Assembly: GCA_020536535.1 (NCBI GenBank)
Contig: JAHLWZ010000790.1
Location: forward strand, 322,961 to 386,960
From: Pelomyxa schiedti
Taxonomy: Eukaryota; Protista; Evosea
Direction of reading: 5' to 3'
Length of the DNA stretch: 64,000 nt
The translations under genes were made by a program, and so were the position numbers. The first letter of the stretch is position 1. The number at the start of each line of letters is the position of its first letter. The notes under the pieces were generated by a model. It was not told the DNA's origin and did not search any database. It saw only the letters and a program-made list of their open reading frames with translations. Of the stretch, positions 9,403-24,868 are shown piece after piece.

Positions 9403-12400
9403 ATGGACGGCAGCAAGGCCGGATCTTTAACAGCGACAAACGGCAACATAAGACCAACAAACGGATACCAGTCCAACACGTCCCAGCGGTTTACGACTAC
9501 AACTCCCGACGGCCAGATCTTTCCATCGTCATCGCCGATGTCGCAACAGTCGCAACAACCACAGCAACAGCAACAAGTACCTGGTACTTTGCCTTCGTTC
9601 GCTGCAGGAAATAGCGCGATGCCTTGGACCTACCAGAGCGCCAACGCGCCGGGGGACCGGCGGCACGGCGGCCCGTGGCCCCCGGGAAGCCAGCAGCAGT
9701 ACGGTGGTGGCCGAGGGAGCAGGCAGCCATTCAGGGGACCGCCGCGTGAACCAGGGGGAAGCCGCAGCAGAAGGGAACCCATGGATAGGAGGGACAGGGA
9801 CCGTGACCGAGCGCGAGACAGAGAGGCCGATAGGAACCGGGATCGCGACAGAGACCGAGAGCGCGAGAGGGAAAGGGACAGAGAAAGGGAACAGAAAAAC
9901 AAAACCAAGGACAGCCACGACGACTCTAGGATGGCCGATAAGGGAATGCAAGCAACCAACCAGAGCGGCAACAGGCACCGGGAAGATGAAAACACCACTG
10001 GTGGACGAGACTGGCGGCCGGAAAGCGATTCTCAGCAAAGGCAGCAAAGACCCAAAGATAGAGACTGGAAAAGAGACTCGGACAGACATAACGAAAGTAA
10101 CAGGACGAGAGAAAGGGATGGGGATGTAGACACCTCTAATTTTCCAAGAGGTGGTTCTAGCAGGTGGCACTTTGTATCGTGATTATTTCCACCAATCAAT
10201 ATTTTTCTTCTAGGGAGCCCTATTCTTCTGGTGGAAGTTTCCCAAGCAATTATAATTCCAAGCAAGAAAGGCACTTTCCAGAAAATGAACCACACAGTGC
10301 CAATTTTCCACCAAGTCAACATTTTCAGCTGTACTCTCAGTCTGGACACAGTCAGCCTAAAACTCCTTTCAATCCAGACATTCACACTTCTATCAATACT
10401 TCTACAGAAATACTCTCTGGGCCTCTACAAAGCCAAAGAGCCACGGATGGCATTCCTAGTACTCAGAATGCACCAAGCCAGAGTGAAAGCGGGAACAATA
10501 TGGCTCTGAGACAGCATACAGATTCTTTGAAACAACCACCTGTGTCTCTAAATTATGTACTGCCCCCTGCTCCTCCTATTGAAGATTTCTCGGAGGGAAA
10601 TGCAATGGATGAAGATGAGGCTAGGGAAAAGCAATCCTCAGCAATACCAAATTCCTACAATCAAGCGGAAGTGTATGCTACTAAACCCTAAAAATATATA
10701 TTCGCATGAAAAAAAATCCCAATTGCTTCAGAAGCAAGGGTCTTGTACCCTCTGGAATCCCGAGTACGTTGTGGCCTGGTTTACAAGATTCACATCAACA
10801 ACAAAGAACTGCGGTTGTGCCAGTGGTGATGGGGTCTTCCTTTCTCCAGGAAGGGAAACAAGCCAACTCAGCCAGTTTGACTTCGACTTCTGGTTCCAAG
10901 GCACAGTCGTCTACCACACGTGATGGTTCACTTACTGAGTACTCTTACATTTCCTCTGGTATTTTCGTTCCTGTGTTTGGCGCGCCTGACATAGAAGCAG
11001 CAAACTTGGCTTCAACTAACAAGCTTGTAACGACGAGTTCCAACACTTACCCTGCACCAACTGTTGTGAGTGCCGACTTTTATGAACCACAACATATCAC
11101 CAATATTCAATTAACACAGGCACTGCAATCTGGGCCAATGCAAGGCGTTCAATCACAAGTGTTTTCAAACACTCAAGCTGAAACACAGAAAGTGCTACCT
11201 GACTCTCGATATACTCCACATTCCCATGCGCAGTATCCTGTATCTACAATGGGGATGAATATGTCTATACCTCACAGTGATACAACTCTTGGGCCCAGCT
11301 CTAACAATGGTAATTACGCAGTCAATCACTTTATGTCCACTCTGGATGAAAGCTTGTACACAAATTATAACTTCACAGCGCTTTTTATACTCCTTACCTT
11401 CCCTCATCTATCCTTGCTGTCTGGCAAGCTTGGCTAATAATACTAAATGCTATGAAAGGTGATATGCCATCAAATAAGAACAATGACAAGCCCAGTGATT
11501 TAACATGTACACACTCGGAGGTTTCTGACATCAACCCTATTGGTTCGAACCCGAATCTTGGAAACACTTCTGTGAAGGGACAGGACTACCGATTTCCAGA
11601 AAATACTGGGGTAGAACAGTCAAACCACAGTCGGAGCTGGGACAACAAAGCTGATTCTTCAAAACCCGGTAACTGGGCTGAGGAGAGGATTCCGTCTCAG
11701 GCATCTGCCCATGCTACCCGTTCCGCTCATACACGTGGCACTCATCAGCATCGGACACATTCATATGTGCACTCGCGTTCATCTCGGGCGCATATCAAGC
11801 CGCACTGGAGGCATTCAAATACTTCACCTCCAAATGTCACCTCGTGCAGTGTCCACAATATCCAACTAGAGGAGTTTATAAAGTGCTCCAAATGTGCTGT
11901 ACTAATGTGTCCGTCATGCAATAAAAAGGTTTTTATTCCTGAAAACCAAACATTATCTCAGACATAAAAGATGTGCCCTGCATGTACAAAAGACTATGGG
12001 AGCCCCCACCAAGACCTGAAAAGCAAGGAATCTCCACAACACAGAACCGGGCCGCAACATAATAGACCCATACCACCAAGTATTCCCTTTCCCCCAACGC
12101 AGACGGTCCAGCCACCATTCCAAGTCTCTACCCCACCAGTTGTTCCTGTTCCACAAGTACCGGCAACTCCAGTACCACATAAAGTTCCTTCTGTCAATGT
12201 GCCATCTAGTTCTGAATCTACTAGCAAATCCACCCAAAGCATCTCACATGCAGATACACCACCAAACAGCCCCATGTCACCCCACAGCGCGGAAGCTGGC
12301 CGTTCGGCCCACGGGGAATTGGGTTCTGTCCCAGTACATACTACTTCATGTACCACTATCACAAGTAGCAAGGGAGAGGAGTCCATGCTAAGTTCCTCTT

Positions 12401-15400
12401 CACGACCCGTCAGCAGTCAGAACTTAAGAAAGTCAAGTTTCCCGGAAAGTCAAAATACCTCCGGGGACAAACAGCTAACCACTGCAGGCGCCATTAACAC
12501 CAATGTAACAAATTCTGGTGCTGATACTGTGAAAATACTTGGAAGGAAGAGTTCAAGCAGAGGTAGGACTAGAAGTAGAACAAGAAGTAGATCCAGAAGC
12601 AGAACCAGAGGAAGAAGTGCAAGCAAAAACATCCCCTCTTCCAGTAAGGGGCATAGAAGTAAAAGCAGGACAAGAAGCAGAGGGAGAAGTAGAGAAAGAG
12701 GCAAATTGAGTCGGAGAAGCAGAACCAGGAGTAGAAGCAAAAGTAACAATACCCATGGCAACAATGCAACCAAGAACAGGAGCAAAAGCAAAAGCAGTCG
12801 AAGTCGAAGTAGGACCAGGAGCAAAAGTAGAAGCAAGAGAGGGACAAATGGAAAGACCCAGGCAGAAAGTGGCAAAGTATCCAAGTTACCGCCTGACGTA
12901 CCTGTAACAGGTGATGCTATCACAATTTCTTCAGACAATTCCATTCGTGGGTCCAAACCTGGGAGGAGGGAGCCAAACACTGTCAATGAAGATCTGGAAG
13001 ACCAAGCTGTTAAATTCGGCGAACAGATGTTTGGTACTAAAGTCCTAAGTTCTCCATCCGCTCCATTGCAGACAATGGAGGAAGAGAATGCCTCAATGGT
13101 TTCTGTTTATCAACCAAATAGCTCTCCTATCACTGCTACTGCAGAACCTATTTCTCCATCCCCATCACCCTCCCCTCATTCACTCATCCCTCTTCCAGCA
13201 ACTCTCAATGCAATGCCCCACCCACAGTTAGCAAGTCAACCTCAACTACAATCCCAGTTCCCAGTCAAACTGTCACAAATCCCACCAGTACCTTTGCCAA
13301 CAGCAACTCCAGTACCGCAGGCCCAGATAAACTCTCAGACTCACATCCACTCGACACAAATACCGTCACAGTGTCCTGCAATGACAGAATTTCAAGCAAT
13401 ATCCATGTCTCCGCCACCAATATATCTGTACTTATATGTATCTCGATCAGTGGATCCGGAGCCACCACATACTGTACGGGCTACACTTGGACAAAGTACT
13501 CTCACAGGCTTCCTGCTTGCTTTATCTTTTCTGACTGTTGCCCACAGATCTTGGACTGACACCTCCCCTGAGCGAAAGGTTACACTTCACACCAACTATA
13601 TCTAGTGCAACAGTCTCGGTGTCTCCCCGAAAGTGCCCCAACGTGACCGAGTTGGGTAACACAACAGTGCTATCAACAACCGGGCTTCCGTCTGTTGTTC
13701 CTTCTGCAGTACTGGTGCCAGTTACTCCTAAAGTCGCTCCTGGCATTCCAATTACTTCACCACATATGGATGATGCTTTAAACCACCCTCCCTCTGTCCA
13801 TCCGTTGCTGCCACCAGCAAACACTAATGGTATCTCAGTACTATGTACAGTAGTTCAATATTTATTTCTATTGGCACAGATGTTCAAGATCCACAGCAGA
13901 GTGCTCCAAAAAAAAGGCGCATAGAGACCACTCTATCGGCTGTTAGAAACCCAGTGGAATGCAGTGCTGAGAGTAGCATAGCACTGGGTTCATCATCCAG
14001 TAGCTCGGTTGTTGCCACTCAACCACTTCCATCCCTACAAGTTATTCCCCAGGCTATATCTGGTGCTCTGCCACCATGTGCTACCTCTTTCCCCCAGCAG
14101 TCAACAACAGTCAATCAGACCGCGAATAGAAAAAGATCACGTTCCAGGGGAAAGGTGAGACCGTCAACTAGAACATCCCGGAGAACCAGAAATAAATACA
14201 GCTCAAGCAGAAGTCGGACAAGAAGTCGAAGTAGCAGCTGGCACCACAGCCATAGCAGAAGCAGAAGTAGGAGCAGGAGTAAGAGTTCCCACCATAGAAC
14301 AAAAGCAAAAAATTACAGCCGTAGTCCAAGTCCACGTTCTGGTAGAGCTACTAATGCTCGACCTGGAAGAATGAACAGAAACGAAAGACGGGGCACACAC
14401 ACCAGCTCAGTGAGGTTGTTCATAATTTAAAGATCCATTCAATCAAACTCACTTCAAATAGTAACTCCCATATGGACACTAAAAATCCAGACCAGTCAAC
14501 CCGAAACACACAATACGGCCCATTGCCAGGCTTCCAATTTAGTCAGATACCACCTCAAAATCAGCCTAGAGCGATCCCCTCACAACCCCCACAGTTTCCA
14601 GGTAATTTTTCGGGGCAGCAACCACTTCCAGCTCCACAAGTATATTCCCTACACCCAGCACCTCAACAGGCACAACTGATGCCTGCAACTCAACCACAGT
14701 CTCAACAATTGCAGGCATACCCGCAAGCGCAACAAATGCTCCTGTCACAACCCCAACTGCCGGCACAGCCACACCAGCAACCACAACCGCAACCTCCGTC
14801 ACATCTGCAGCCCCAATTGTCACTGCTGTCGCAACAAAATACACAATCTCAAGCACTGACACTAACCCCATCACTTCGATCGCAACCACAACCACAACCG
14901 CTACAGCAGCAGCAACCGCAAAATCAACCGCTGTCACTACCACATTCAACACTACCGCCTCAGCCTCCAACACAAACACCAGCACAGCCACAACAAGCAC
15001 AACCTCAAACTCAACCGCAATCACAACCACCACCACAACTACAGCCGCAGCCACAACCGCAACTGAAACAAGAACTGCAAGTGCAACAAGAACACGAGCA
15101 AAAACAAAAGCAACAGAAAGACCAGCAACAACTTACAGTACAGCATACCCCCCAAACAGATCAGGTGCAAGCCCAAACCCAACCAAAATCGACAGTGTTC
15201 TCCCCTTTTCAGCTGACCCAGCCGCAAACCCAACCACCAGCAACCCCCACTGCACAGATTTCATCTCAAGTAAACCAAGTACCAGCAGTGTCACCACTTC
15301 GAGCACAATCTACCCTAACACAATCCCTTGCGCCCTCAGAAACCAGTGTGAGCCAGCAAGATACACAACCCCAAGTTATTGGCCAAGCGCCAGAGCACAC

Positions 15401-16187
15401 GCCACAGGAAAAGCCAAACCCACACCGTTACATCAGTACTTCCGTCACCAGTCGAAAACCCTCTTCTCCTTTGTATTCATCCTTATCTTGTGATTTCTAT
15501 ACCTTAACTGATCACCTAGAGTTTCCAGTACTCCAGATGGACGACGTGCTGAGCGCAACATAATAATAACAAAGACTACTGAAAACCGGTGTGCTATGCT
15601 ATGCTTTTGTTATCACCTCCTATTCACGTAATCCCAGTACTTCTCCACTTCTTGATAACGAGCGCTATGACATGCCTGTTGATAGGCGCCGAGCTCCGGT
15701 AAGAGTGTCAACACGTTCTTTACATCTTGTAACAGTAATACAGGGAGAATACAGTGACCAGGGAATGCGTTGGAGTGCACAGCAACCATTCAGGCATAAC
15801 GCAAATCAGTGGCAACAACAACAAACGGTTAACGTCCAACAACCACAAGAATACAACAATGGTTGGGTGTCACACGTTCCCGTACAGCACCAGTCACAGG
15901 CCCCACGTAACCAGCAGTGGCACAAACGCACCAAGTCACTGCACAACGCACACAGCGTACAGCAACAAGACCAGGACTACACTGAGGCCCAGTACTTCGT
16001 CCCCCACCCGTACAACAGCGAAGTCTACTACGAAGACCAGCAACCCCAACAGCAACAACCACCCAACACCTACAGCTCCAACCACAACAGTCACACCCAC
16101 AGCAGCAACACCAACAATAATACCGGAGCGGGAGGCCGTAGGCGGTTCACACCCAACCAAGGGCACCCAAGGGGCAACAGGAGGTGA
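9403..16187 (+). CDS. Very large low-complexity protein with RD/RE and RS blocks, a Cys/His zinc-finger-like segment and Q/P tracts (SR-related; may be more than one gene)
   Basis: Chain of long + strand ORFs joined by short intron-like gaps; RDRDRERE (~9780-9890), SRTRSRSRS (~12550-12840 and ~14130-14330), CSVH..CSKC..CPSC..CPAC (~11845-11985); junction near 11350-11460 unresolved. Confidence 0.6.
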
Positions 16188-16521
16188 AGCAAATGAACGA
16201 CGCAAGCCCGGTACCAATCGCTCTTTTGGTTGCTCTGCCTGTACTATCATATCAAAGCGTGGTGGATTTTCTCTCAATGAGAAATAAAAAAATACAAAAA
16301 TCAAGATACAAACCCAAATTTGTTTTGGGCGGAAAATGGATCGTCAAACGCACTAATTTACGGAACAAACAAGCAGAGAAACGGACTAAAACCGTATTCG
16401 CCCACGTTGAACAGTAATCTCCAGAACAAAAAGAAGCGTGGAGCAGACCAGTGCTACGACGAAACAAAAACGGTGTAGAGTAACAACCACAAAGGGTGAC
16501 CTTTTAGTGAATTTAGCCTTC

Positions 16522-19500
16522 ATGAGGCAATCTCTGTTAATCTTAGGTCAGTTAATTCCTCCCCTCTTGCCATTTCTCAGGGTGCTGACACAAAAAAGTG
16601 GTGGCGATATGGTCACTTGGATGCGAGGGCGGTGGGATCATCTACTCTTCGACAGCAGCATCGACTTATGGGACAGAGGAAACCACTATCACGGGGCAGT
16701 CACTTTTGCCGCCCAGTGGATGGACTAGCAGGGGTGTTTCAATCAACATGCTGCCGTGCTCAATTCGCTCGTGGAACAACACTGTAATTATTTGCGTGGC
16801 TCCGGCGGGCGTAGGTGCCAACTTACCCTTGTTGGTCACTTACAATGGGAATAACTTGGTGGCCCCTCAGTCTAATTTCTCCTACAGACGTAAGATTATG
16901 TCTTGGGCTTTTTTTTTTTCTTTTCTTTCTATTCCCTTCCTCTCGCACTATTCTCTTCGTTATGTGTTGTCTCTTCTTTTTCTTCTTATTCAAATTGTAC
17001 TGATTCAGTTTTAATGGGTTTTTCCTCAGCACCCATCATATGGGAAGCTTCTAGTGCACCCACAAGTGGAGGTTCGGTTTATATCTGGGGATCGAATATC
17101 GGCTCTGAGTCAACATCAGTTCTAGTTCTCATAAATGGGAAAGAGTGCACAGGTGCAACCGTGGTTGATTACTCTACTATTACTTGTAAGGCACCAGAGG
17201 GCACTGGCCGCGGACTCCCAATTACTGTAGAGGTACCAAAAGCTTCAGTTTATAGCCAAACTACCACCACTTATGCATTTTGGTATGAAGGTGAGCAGAA
17301 ATGCAAAGCCTTTTAATGCTTCTTACATTGCACAACATAGCACCAACTCTGGAATACACTAGTTCTGCACCAACACATGGATATTCACCTATTGTTATTT
17401 ATGGGACCAATTTTGGTTCTGGTGCCGACGGTCTTGTTGTAACAATTCAAGGTCAACTGTGCACCTCACCTATTGCTTACCACACCAAAATAACATGCTA
17501 TCCACCTCCTGGTGCTGGTCGCTGCTTAACTTTGTCTATTGATGTAAATGGACAGGGCTGCTCCCGTGCATGCTTCTTCTATTATGATGGTATGTAGACA
17601 CAGATCCAAAAAAGCAAGTAACATGCAACAGCACCATTGATTTGGTCCAATGATCCTCCACCTACCAGTGGTGGGCCCACTACCATTTATGGGCAAAACT
17701 TAGGCACCACCAATACTTCTGTACAAGTGTATATGGGGGATTACTTCTGTGAGAGTCCTGTGGTAAACAGAAATGGGACAGAAATTCGGTGCATTGCCCC
17801 ACCAGGCACTGGTAGACTTGGCTGGGTTTTTGTAATGGTGCCAAGCGATGAGAACTATATCCAATACGCATCAAACTGGATTTTTACTTATCAAGGTACA
17901 CAAATTGCAAGATTTTCTTGTGTTCATTTTATGGTTTCTTAGCACCTACCATTGACAATATCACCTCTGCTGATACTGATGGGAAAGAAAGTTTCCGGAT
18001 TTATGGAACCAACTTTGGGGCAAAAGGGAGCTATGTGGACGTTGCAATATCTGGCCAATGGTGCAGACTTGCATCTGTGATAGTTGACGACACAGTCATA
18101 GAAGCTTGGCCACCAGCAGGTTGTGGATCGGACTTGTGGTTATACGTCAATATTCCCTCCACTATTGAGGGATACAGCCAAGGCATCAGTCATTTTTTTG
18201 ATTACAATCGTATTTCTTCTATCCATCCAAACTTTTTACCAAGAAAAACCTCCAGCACCATCGATTTCTGCTGTAACTGAAGCTTCAACAAATGGTCATG
18301 AAATAACCAACATCACTGGGAAAAATTTATGTGCATCATCCAGACTTGTCTCTGTAACAATTGGAGGTCATTCTTGTGTAGATGTTGTAGCTGTGAGCCA
18401 TTATCTGGTTCGATGTTATCCTTTCCCTGGTGTAAGTGGACCTCATGAGCTTATTTTAAGTGCGAGTGGCCAACTTGGTTACGCCAATTTTTCCTTTCAA
18501 GGTATCCCTTCTTGTTTTTCCTTCCTTAGCCAATATAATATAAAAAGCCCCTGCAATTATCTCCGCAGTTGGTTACCAGGGGTCAAGTTACACAGGGATT
18601 ATTAATGGTGTAAATTTTGGCCCAGAGGATACTATTGCCAAGGTAAAAGTGGGTGGTCTAGACTGCATCAATGCCACAGTTACAATTGCTCATACTCAAA
18701 TAATGTGTTTCCTGCCACCTGGTGAGGGTGATCATGTTACAGTAGAAGTTTTCGTCTCTGATGGGGTGCATGGATCTACCACCTCAGCCGATGTTTTTGA
18801 ATATAATGGTCCCTTTCCCCTTTCCTTTCTGAAACTCAAACCCAAACAAGGGATGGCAATAATTTCAGCCTCAACTGTTGACGCAACACTTTATCAATCT
18901 ACCTCTGTTTTGGGAACAAATTTCAATTTCATTGGGGCAATATCTGTGGTCATTGATGGATACATTGCCTGTAATAATGCAACACTTGTGAACTCAACAG
19001 TTGTAACATGCACTCCAAGCATTGGTTATGGCAAGAACCTTCCCATTTGTATAACAATTGGATCTCATCTAGCTTGTGCTTCTGTTTTTTCCTATGCATG
19101 TAAGCTCATTTTTTTCCAAAGTTAAACCCCTAATTGCCTTGGAGCACCCAAGATATATGGTGTTGTTGGATGCAACACAACTGGAGGTTGTAACTTCGTA
19201 CTTCTCTGTTGCTAACTTGTTTTAGGCAAGATAAACATAACTGGGAAAAACTTTGGCCCCAGTGCCAAAGTTCTTGTAAATGGAATTGAGTGTAACGAGA
19301 CTAGAGTAGAGGCCAGTACTTTCATTACTTGTGTTGCCCCACCTGGTTCAGGCAGAGTTCCTCTTGTGGTTATCACACCTATTTCGGACTTTCATTCGCA
19401 ATCTGTGGCATCGTACATGTGCTACAACAGTACTCCTCTTACTTCATTTTCTCACTAATGAAATTCAACAGAACCTATCCTCCTAGAAGCTACTAGTGTA

Positions 19501-22500
19501 GCTACAGACGGCAGAGAGGCAACTTTTATTACAGGTTCCAATTTTGGTGTCAATGGAACTGTGGATGTCACAATAAGTGGCGTTGCCTGCAAAGAAGCGA
19601 AGATTACCGTTCCTCACACGCAAATCTCTTGTATCCCACCTCCTGGTGTTGGGACTTGGAAGCTTCTCAATGTATCTACATCTTCTATTTGCTCGAGTTC
19701 AGCAGCAGCAGCCATCTTCTTCTATTCATGTTATTCCTGATTCCTGGCTTAGTTGCATCACTTATACAAGCAAATAGGCCCAGTAATAATATCTGCCACT
19801 AACTACGGAGACTTTATTGTCATCACTGGGCTTAATTTTGGCCCCTTTGGCACAGATGTAACAATCACAATTTACAAAGGATTATGCTTCAACGGGACCA
19901 TAGAAACACCACATACCAGAGTGAGGTGCATCCCGGACACTGTCCCTGAAGATAGAACATCTCTTACTGTAAGGGTAGCTGATCCTATAACATTAAATTT
20001 TTGTGAAGTCTCAAAAGTTGTTATTTTCCAAGGTTAGTGAGGGTTTATTTGTTGTCACTCTTTTATACCCTTTCAGGGCCCCTCATACAGAGCACTTCAA
20101 CGCCACCGACAGACTGCAACAACAGCTGGCTTGTTATTAATGGGGAAAACTTTGGACCAAACACTACTCAAGTAGAAGTGTACATAGCAGAATATTCTTG
20201 CATGGATGCTTCCATTCTCGAACCCTACAAACGAATCAAGTGCAGGCCACCATGTGGTGCTGGTTCTGAACTACCTCTTGAAGTCCGTATAAATGCTGAT
20301 GGTTCCCACACCTATTCCGTGCGTGCCAATTTCAGCTATGACAGTATGCAGGCTCATTTTCTAATTGTACTAAGTTTTTCTAGGTCCGACTGTATTTGAT
20401 GCAACACCTGTTCCGACTTCTGGTGGCTGGACAATAATTACTGGAGAAAATTTTGGTCCGATTAATTCCACCGTTTCCGTGTGGATTGGTGGAAGAACGT
20501 GCTTAAATGCCGAAGTAGTTGTAAATCATACTCATATCCGTTGCCTTGTCCCAGCTGGAACAGGAGCTAATAGTACCGTTTTCGTCACAGCGTTAAGCTT
20601 CAACACTGGGAGACCCACTACTGGGAAAAATACCTCTGTTTTTTCTTATCTAGGTAGTCGCTAGCAACGCAATGGTCTTACTCACATAGGATAGCACCAC
20701 AGATTACTTCTGCAACTTCTGTCAACACAGATAACACGCACGCTGTAAGTACAATAAGTGGAAGCAATTTTGGACCTATTGGAACTGAGGTGAGGGTAAA
20801 AATTGCAGATCAGCCTTGTACAAATGCAATTGTTCTTAATCATACTACTATTACCTGTGTTCCCCCACCAGGGGTGGGTGTCTCCCTTCCAGTCCAAGTT
20901 ATCATTATAAGTACCACTGGGGGTGATTCCTCTTTCAATTCCAGCAATGTTTTTTCCTATAACAGTAGATCCCTCAAGCACATATTTCCTCACTTATACC
21001 ATGCCCAGTTCCCACCCTGAGCCAGGCAACATCAATAAATACATATGATCTCGCTGCGACTATCATTACAGGCACTAATTTTGGGCCAGCCTCCCTCAGC
21101 CATGTAGAAGTATGGGTGGGTTCCCAAATTTGTGCCGCTGCAAGTATTATACAAGACCACACCAAGATAGCTTGCTACCCCCCAGCTGGAACGGGGAAAC
21201 AAATCAACGTTACTCTTAGCATATCACGAGTCGGAAGTGGCAAGCCTGTCACTGTCAACAAAGCAATTTTTTCCTACACTGGTAAAAATTTGTCAAGGGA
21301 TTACAGGATCATCTAATACCATTTAAGCACCCCAAATTATGCTTGTTACTAGTACAACCACAGCTGTTTCTGGGAACATTACAATTTATGGGACCAACTT
21401 TGGACCTTCAGCAGCAAATGGGGGAGTATATGTCGAGATAAAAGGATCAGAATGCACATCACCTGTCATGAAAGTCCCCCACTTTCAAATTGAATGCACA
21501 CCTCCCCCGGGTGCTGGTGGTAATCTCCCTGTGATTGTTTATGTGCCAGGAAAGTCCGTCACCAACCCTGTCCCGCAGTTGGCCTATGGCTCTTTCTCCT
21601 ATTCAGGTTCTCCCCTCATATGTTTGACAAGCAATAACGCAGCACAGCACCAGAAATTTTTCTTGTTACTGAGGCTGCGACCAGTGGTGAAGAGTCCATA
21701 TCTATTACAGTTTCACTCCCTTTACCTATATATCTTATGGCTTATCTATCTTAGGGAGCAAACTTCGGCCCAAATGGCACGGATGCTACTGTTACTATTG
21801 ACGGGGTTATCTGCTCCGACGTGAAAGTGAAAAATCATACAATTATTGAGTGCCTCCCTCCACCAGGTTATGGTCAAGGGCACCGTTTGGTTGTGCATAT
21901 TCCAGCTGATGAAAGCTTCTCTCAATCTGCTCAGTATCTAAACTTTATTTACCAAGGTTCTCTTGTCAGTGTGCCATTTTTTCAGCTGACTTGAATACAG
22001 CTCCCCAAGTTTTTACAGCCACACCTTCAAATACAGAAGGAGGATACATCACAACCATCAAAGGAAAAAATTTTGGTGATAGCACCCAAGTTAATATCTC
22101 TGTAACCATCAGCTTATGTAATGTGCCTATGGCCTGCACAAATGCCACAACTACAATACCTCATAAAGAAATAACCTGTTTCTCCCCCCCGGGGACTGGG
22201 ACTTCAAACCTTGTAAGTGTATGGGTTCCAGCAGGAACTTCCCAAGTTGGATCTAGCTTTGTGTTTGACTATAATCGTAAGTATTCTTCTCATTTCTTTT
22301 CTCATTTTAAACTCTATAGCCCCGGAGATAACGGATGTCCCACTGTGTTCCACATCTATCAGTTCAGTATTCCTATCGGTTTTTTCCTTTCCCATAAACC
22401 CAACACATGAATTAACTAACCTAAAAAAGGGAAAAAACTTTGGGCCTGGTGCATCCAAAGGTGACTCCTATGCAATTATGTATATTCTCGACAATTCTAC

Positions 22501-24837
22501 CCAACTTATATATGCTGCTGGTTACGTAAATCATACCACCCTGCAAATATACATTCCTGATGGGTCTGGTGCAAATCATACAATTTCTGTACCCTCCACC
22601 ACACAATCCTTTTATTTGACTAAATACAGGTTAAAGTGAAAGACCAGATGTCAAATATTTTCAATTACAGCTATTACGGTTTGTAACTTTTTACAAAATT
22701 TCCAAAGTTAATATCCCCTAGGTCCTGAAGTCTCATCCGCAAGTGCCGTTGATACTTCCGGTAACCAACAGACTGTAATTTCTGGAAAAAACATGGGGCC
22801 AGTAGGCACAGAGCTTCAAGTTACAATTAATGGCCAACTGTGCGCAAGGCCATCAGTTACAGAAGCCCACACCACGATTGCCTGTACTCCTCCAGTTGGT
22901 GCAGGAGCAAATCTTACACTGAACCTTTCTGTGGGTGGTCAATCTTCCTTCTGGAAATATTTCAGCTATAATAGTGCGTGCCTTACCCCTCCATTCACGA
23001 CTCACTATGAATAGGCCCAACTGTAAGTTATATAACGTTGGCTCCCACCAGTGGCCTTTCCCCAATACAAATCACTGGGACAAATTTTGGTCCAAATAAT
23101 ACACACTTGAGTGTCACCATTGATGAGGGTAGTGTTCCTTTGACCTGTCAAAATCCACGAGTCATTGAACCCCATACCACAATTTCGTGTTGGCCTCCAG
23201 TGGGTGTTGGAGCTCTAAAGACACTTCGTGTCAGTGTATGGGTGGACGGAAGTCAACCTCTTTCTACATTTGGGGTGTTCTCCTATCTTGGTAACTATTT
23301 CTATTCTCTTCACTATTCTCAAAGCCACTAGCCCCAGTTATTCACTCTGTTACACAGTCCAGCACGGCTGGCCTGGATCTGATTACAATTGTTGGTGACA
23401 ACTTTGGTCCCCTTGGTACAAATATTACAGTAACTGTCGGAGAGAACTCATGTGCCAATGCAAGTGTTATTGTCAATCATACACACATAACATGTTTATC
23501 CCCTCCTGGAACTGGAAAAGAACTACCAATTTGTGTTTATATCGCTAACCAGATTGGGTGTGGAAGTTTCTCATACTTTGGTATTCTTAAACTATTTACC
23601 AAAGTGATAATGTTTCACTTAGGCCCCTCAATAACTGGTGCCACACCCACTCCTACAAGTGGTACATTCGACACAATAATCAATGGAACCAACTTCGGCA
23701 CAAGCAATGAAATAAGTGTCTATATAAATGGACTTCCTTGTATAAATGTGGCTGTTTCCATCCCGCACCTACAAATTTCATGTACCACACCCCCTGGCAG
23801 TGGGAAAAACCTCACCTTAGAGTTGTACATCCCAAGTCGAGCAAGTATTTACTCACAGAAAACCTCATCTGTGTTCTCATACTTCGGTTTCTTCCTCCCT
23901 TTTGCTACCCTGTGCTAAATTTCTCACTCAGCTCCAATTGTTGTATCCGCGACTTCAACTCTCACTGACGGGACCACCCCAACAACGATATTTGGGTCAA
24001 ATTTTGGTCCTAACGGAGGAAGTTTGGCAGTGAGAATTGGCGGGAAGGAATGCTCCAATGCACAGATACTTGATGATAGCAACATAAAATGTTATCCACC
24101 ACCAGGAGTTGGAAAGAACAATCTGGTTGAAGTCGATATTCCAGCCACATCCAGATATATGCAATCTACCTCTGCTTTGGTTTTCTCGTACTACGGTACT
24201 AGTTATTATCCCTTTATGATACTTACTCTTTTCCCCTCCCTTTTGAAGCTCCTACTTTCTCTTCCTCCACTCCAATTGCCACCGATGGAAGTGCAACGCT
24301 GTACATTTTTGGGACTGGCTTTGGACCACAGGATACTATTGTTTCAGTAACAATAAATAATGAAACTGAGTGCTCAGGGCCTATCGTTTCCTCCGCACAT
24401 GGGGTAATTACTTGTACACCCGGGGCAGGAGTTGGAAGGAACAAGTTAATCACAATCTTTGTACCAGCCAAGGGCATGCCGTCTACACAATCTGTGAGTG
24501 GCTATTTTTCGTATACTGGTAAGTTTATCACATCTTTGTGCAACTACTTATCCACTTGAATGTAGAACCTACTGTAATATCGTCCACACCAGCCAATACA
24601 GATGCTACCTCTTATACAATAATTACGGGCACAAACTTCGGCCCTTCTGGAACTACTGTTGGTGTAACAATATCAGGACAACAATGCACGAATGCAACAG
24701 TTGCCGTTCCTCACACACAAATCAAATGTTTACCACCTCCTGGAGTTGGGGCAAATAACACTCTCAAAGTCATCATCCCCAATCCTGATGGACAAGTGGC
24801 TTATTCTCAGTTGTTTTCTTATAACGGTCTGGTTCCG

Positions 24838-24868
<31 letters not shown>

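Noticed and set aside
18502-18547. U12-like intron (GTATCCCTT donor, TTCCTTAGC branch-like motif)
   Set aside because: Both matches are imperfect, and the intron sits at the same homologous position as 27 ordinary GT-AG introns of the TIG array; chance in a degenerate-donor genome is more likely.
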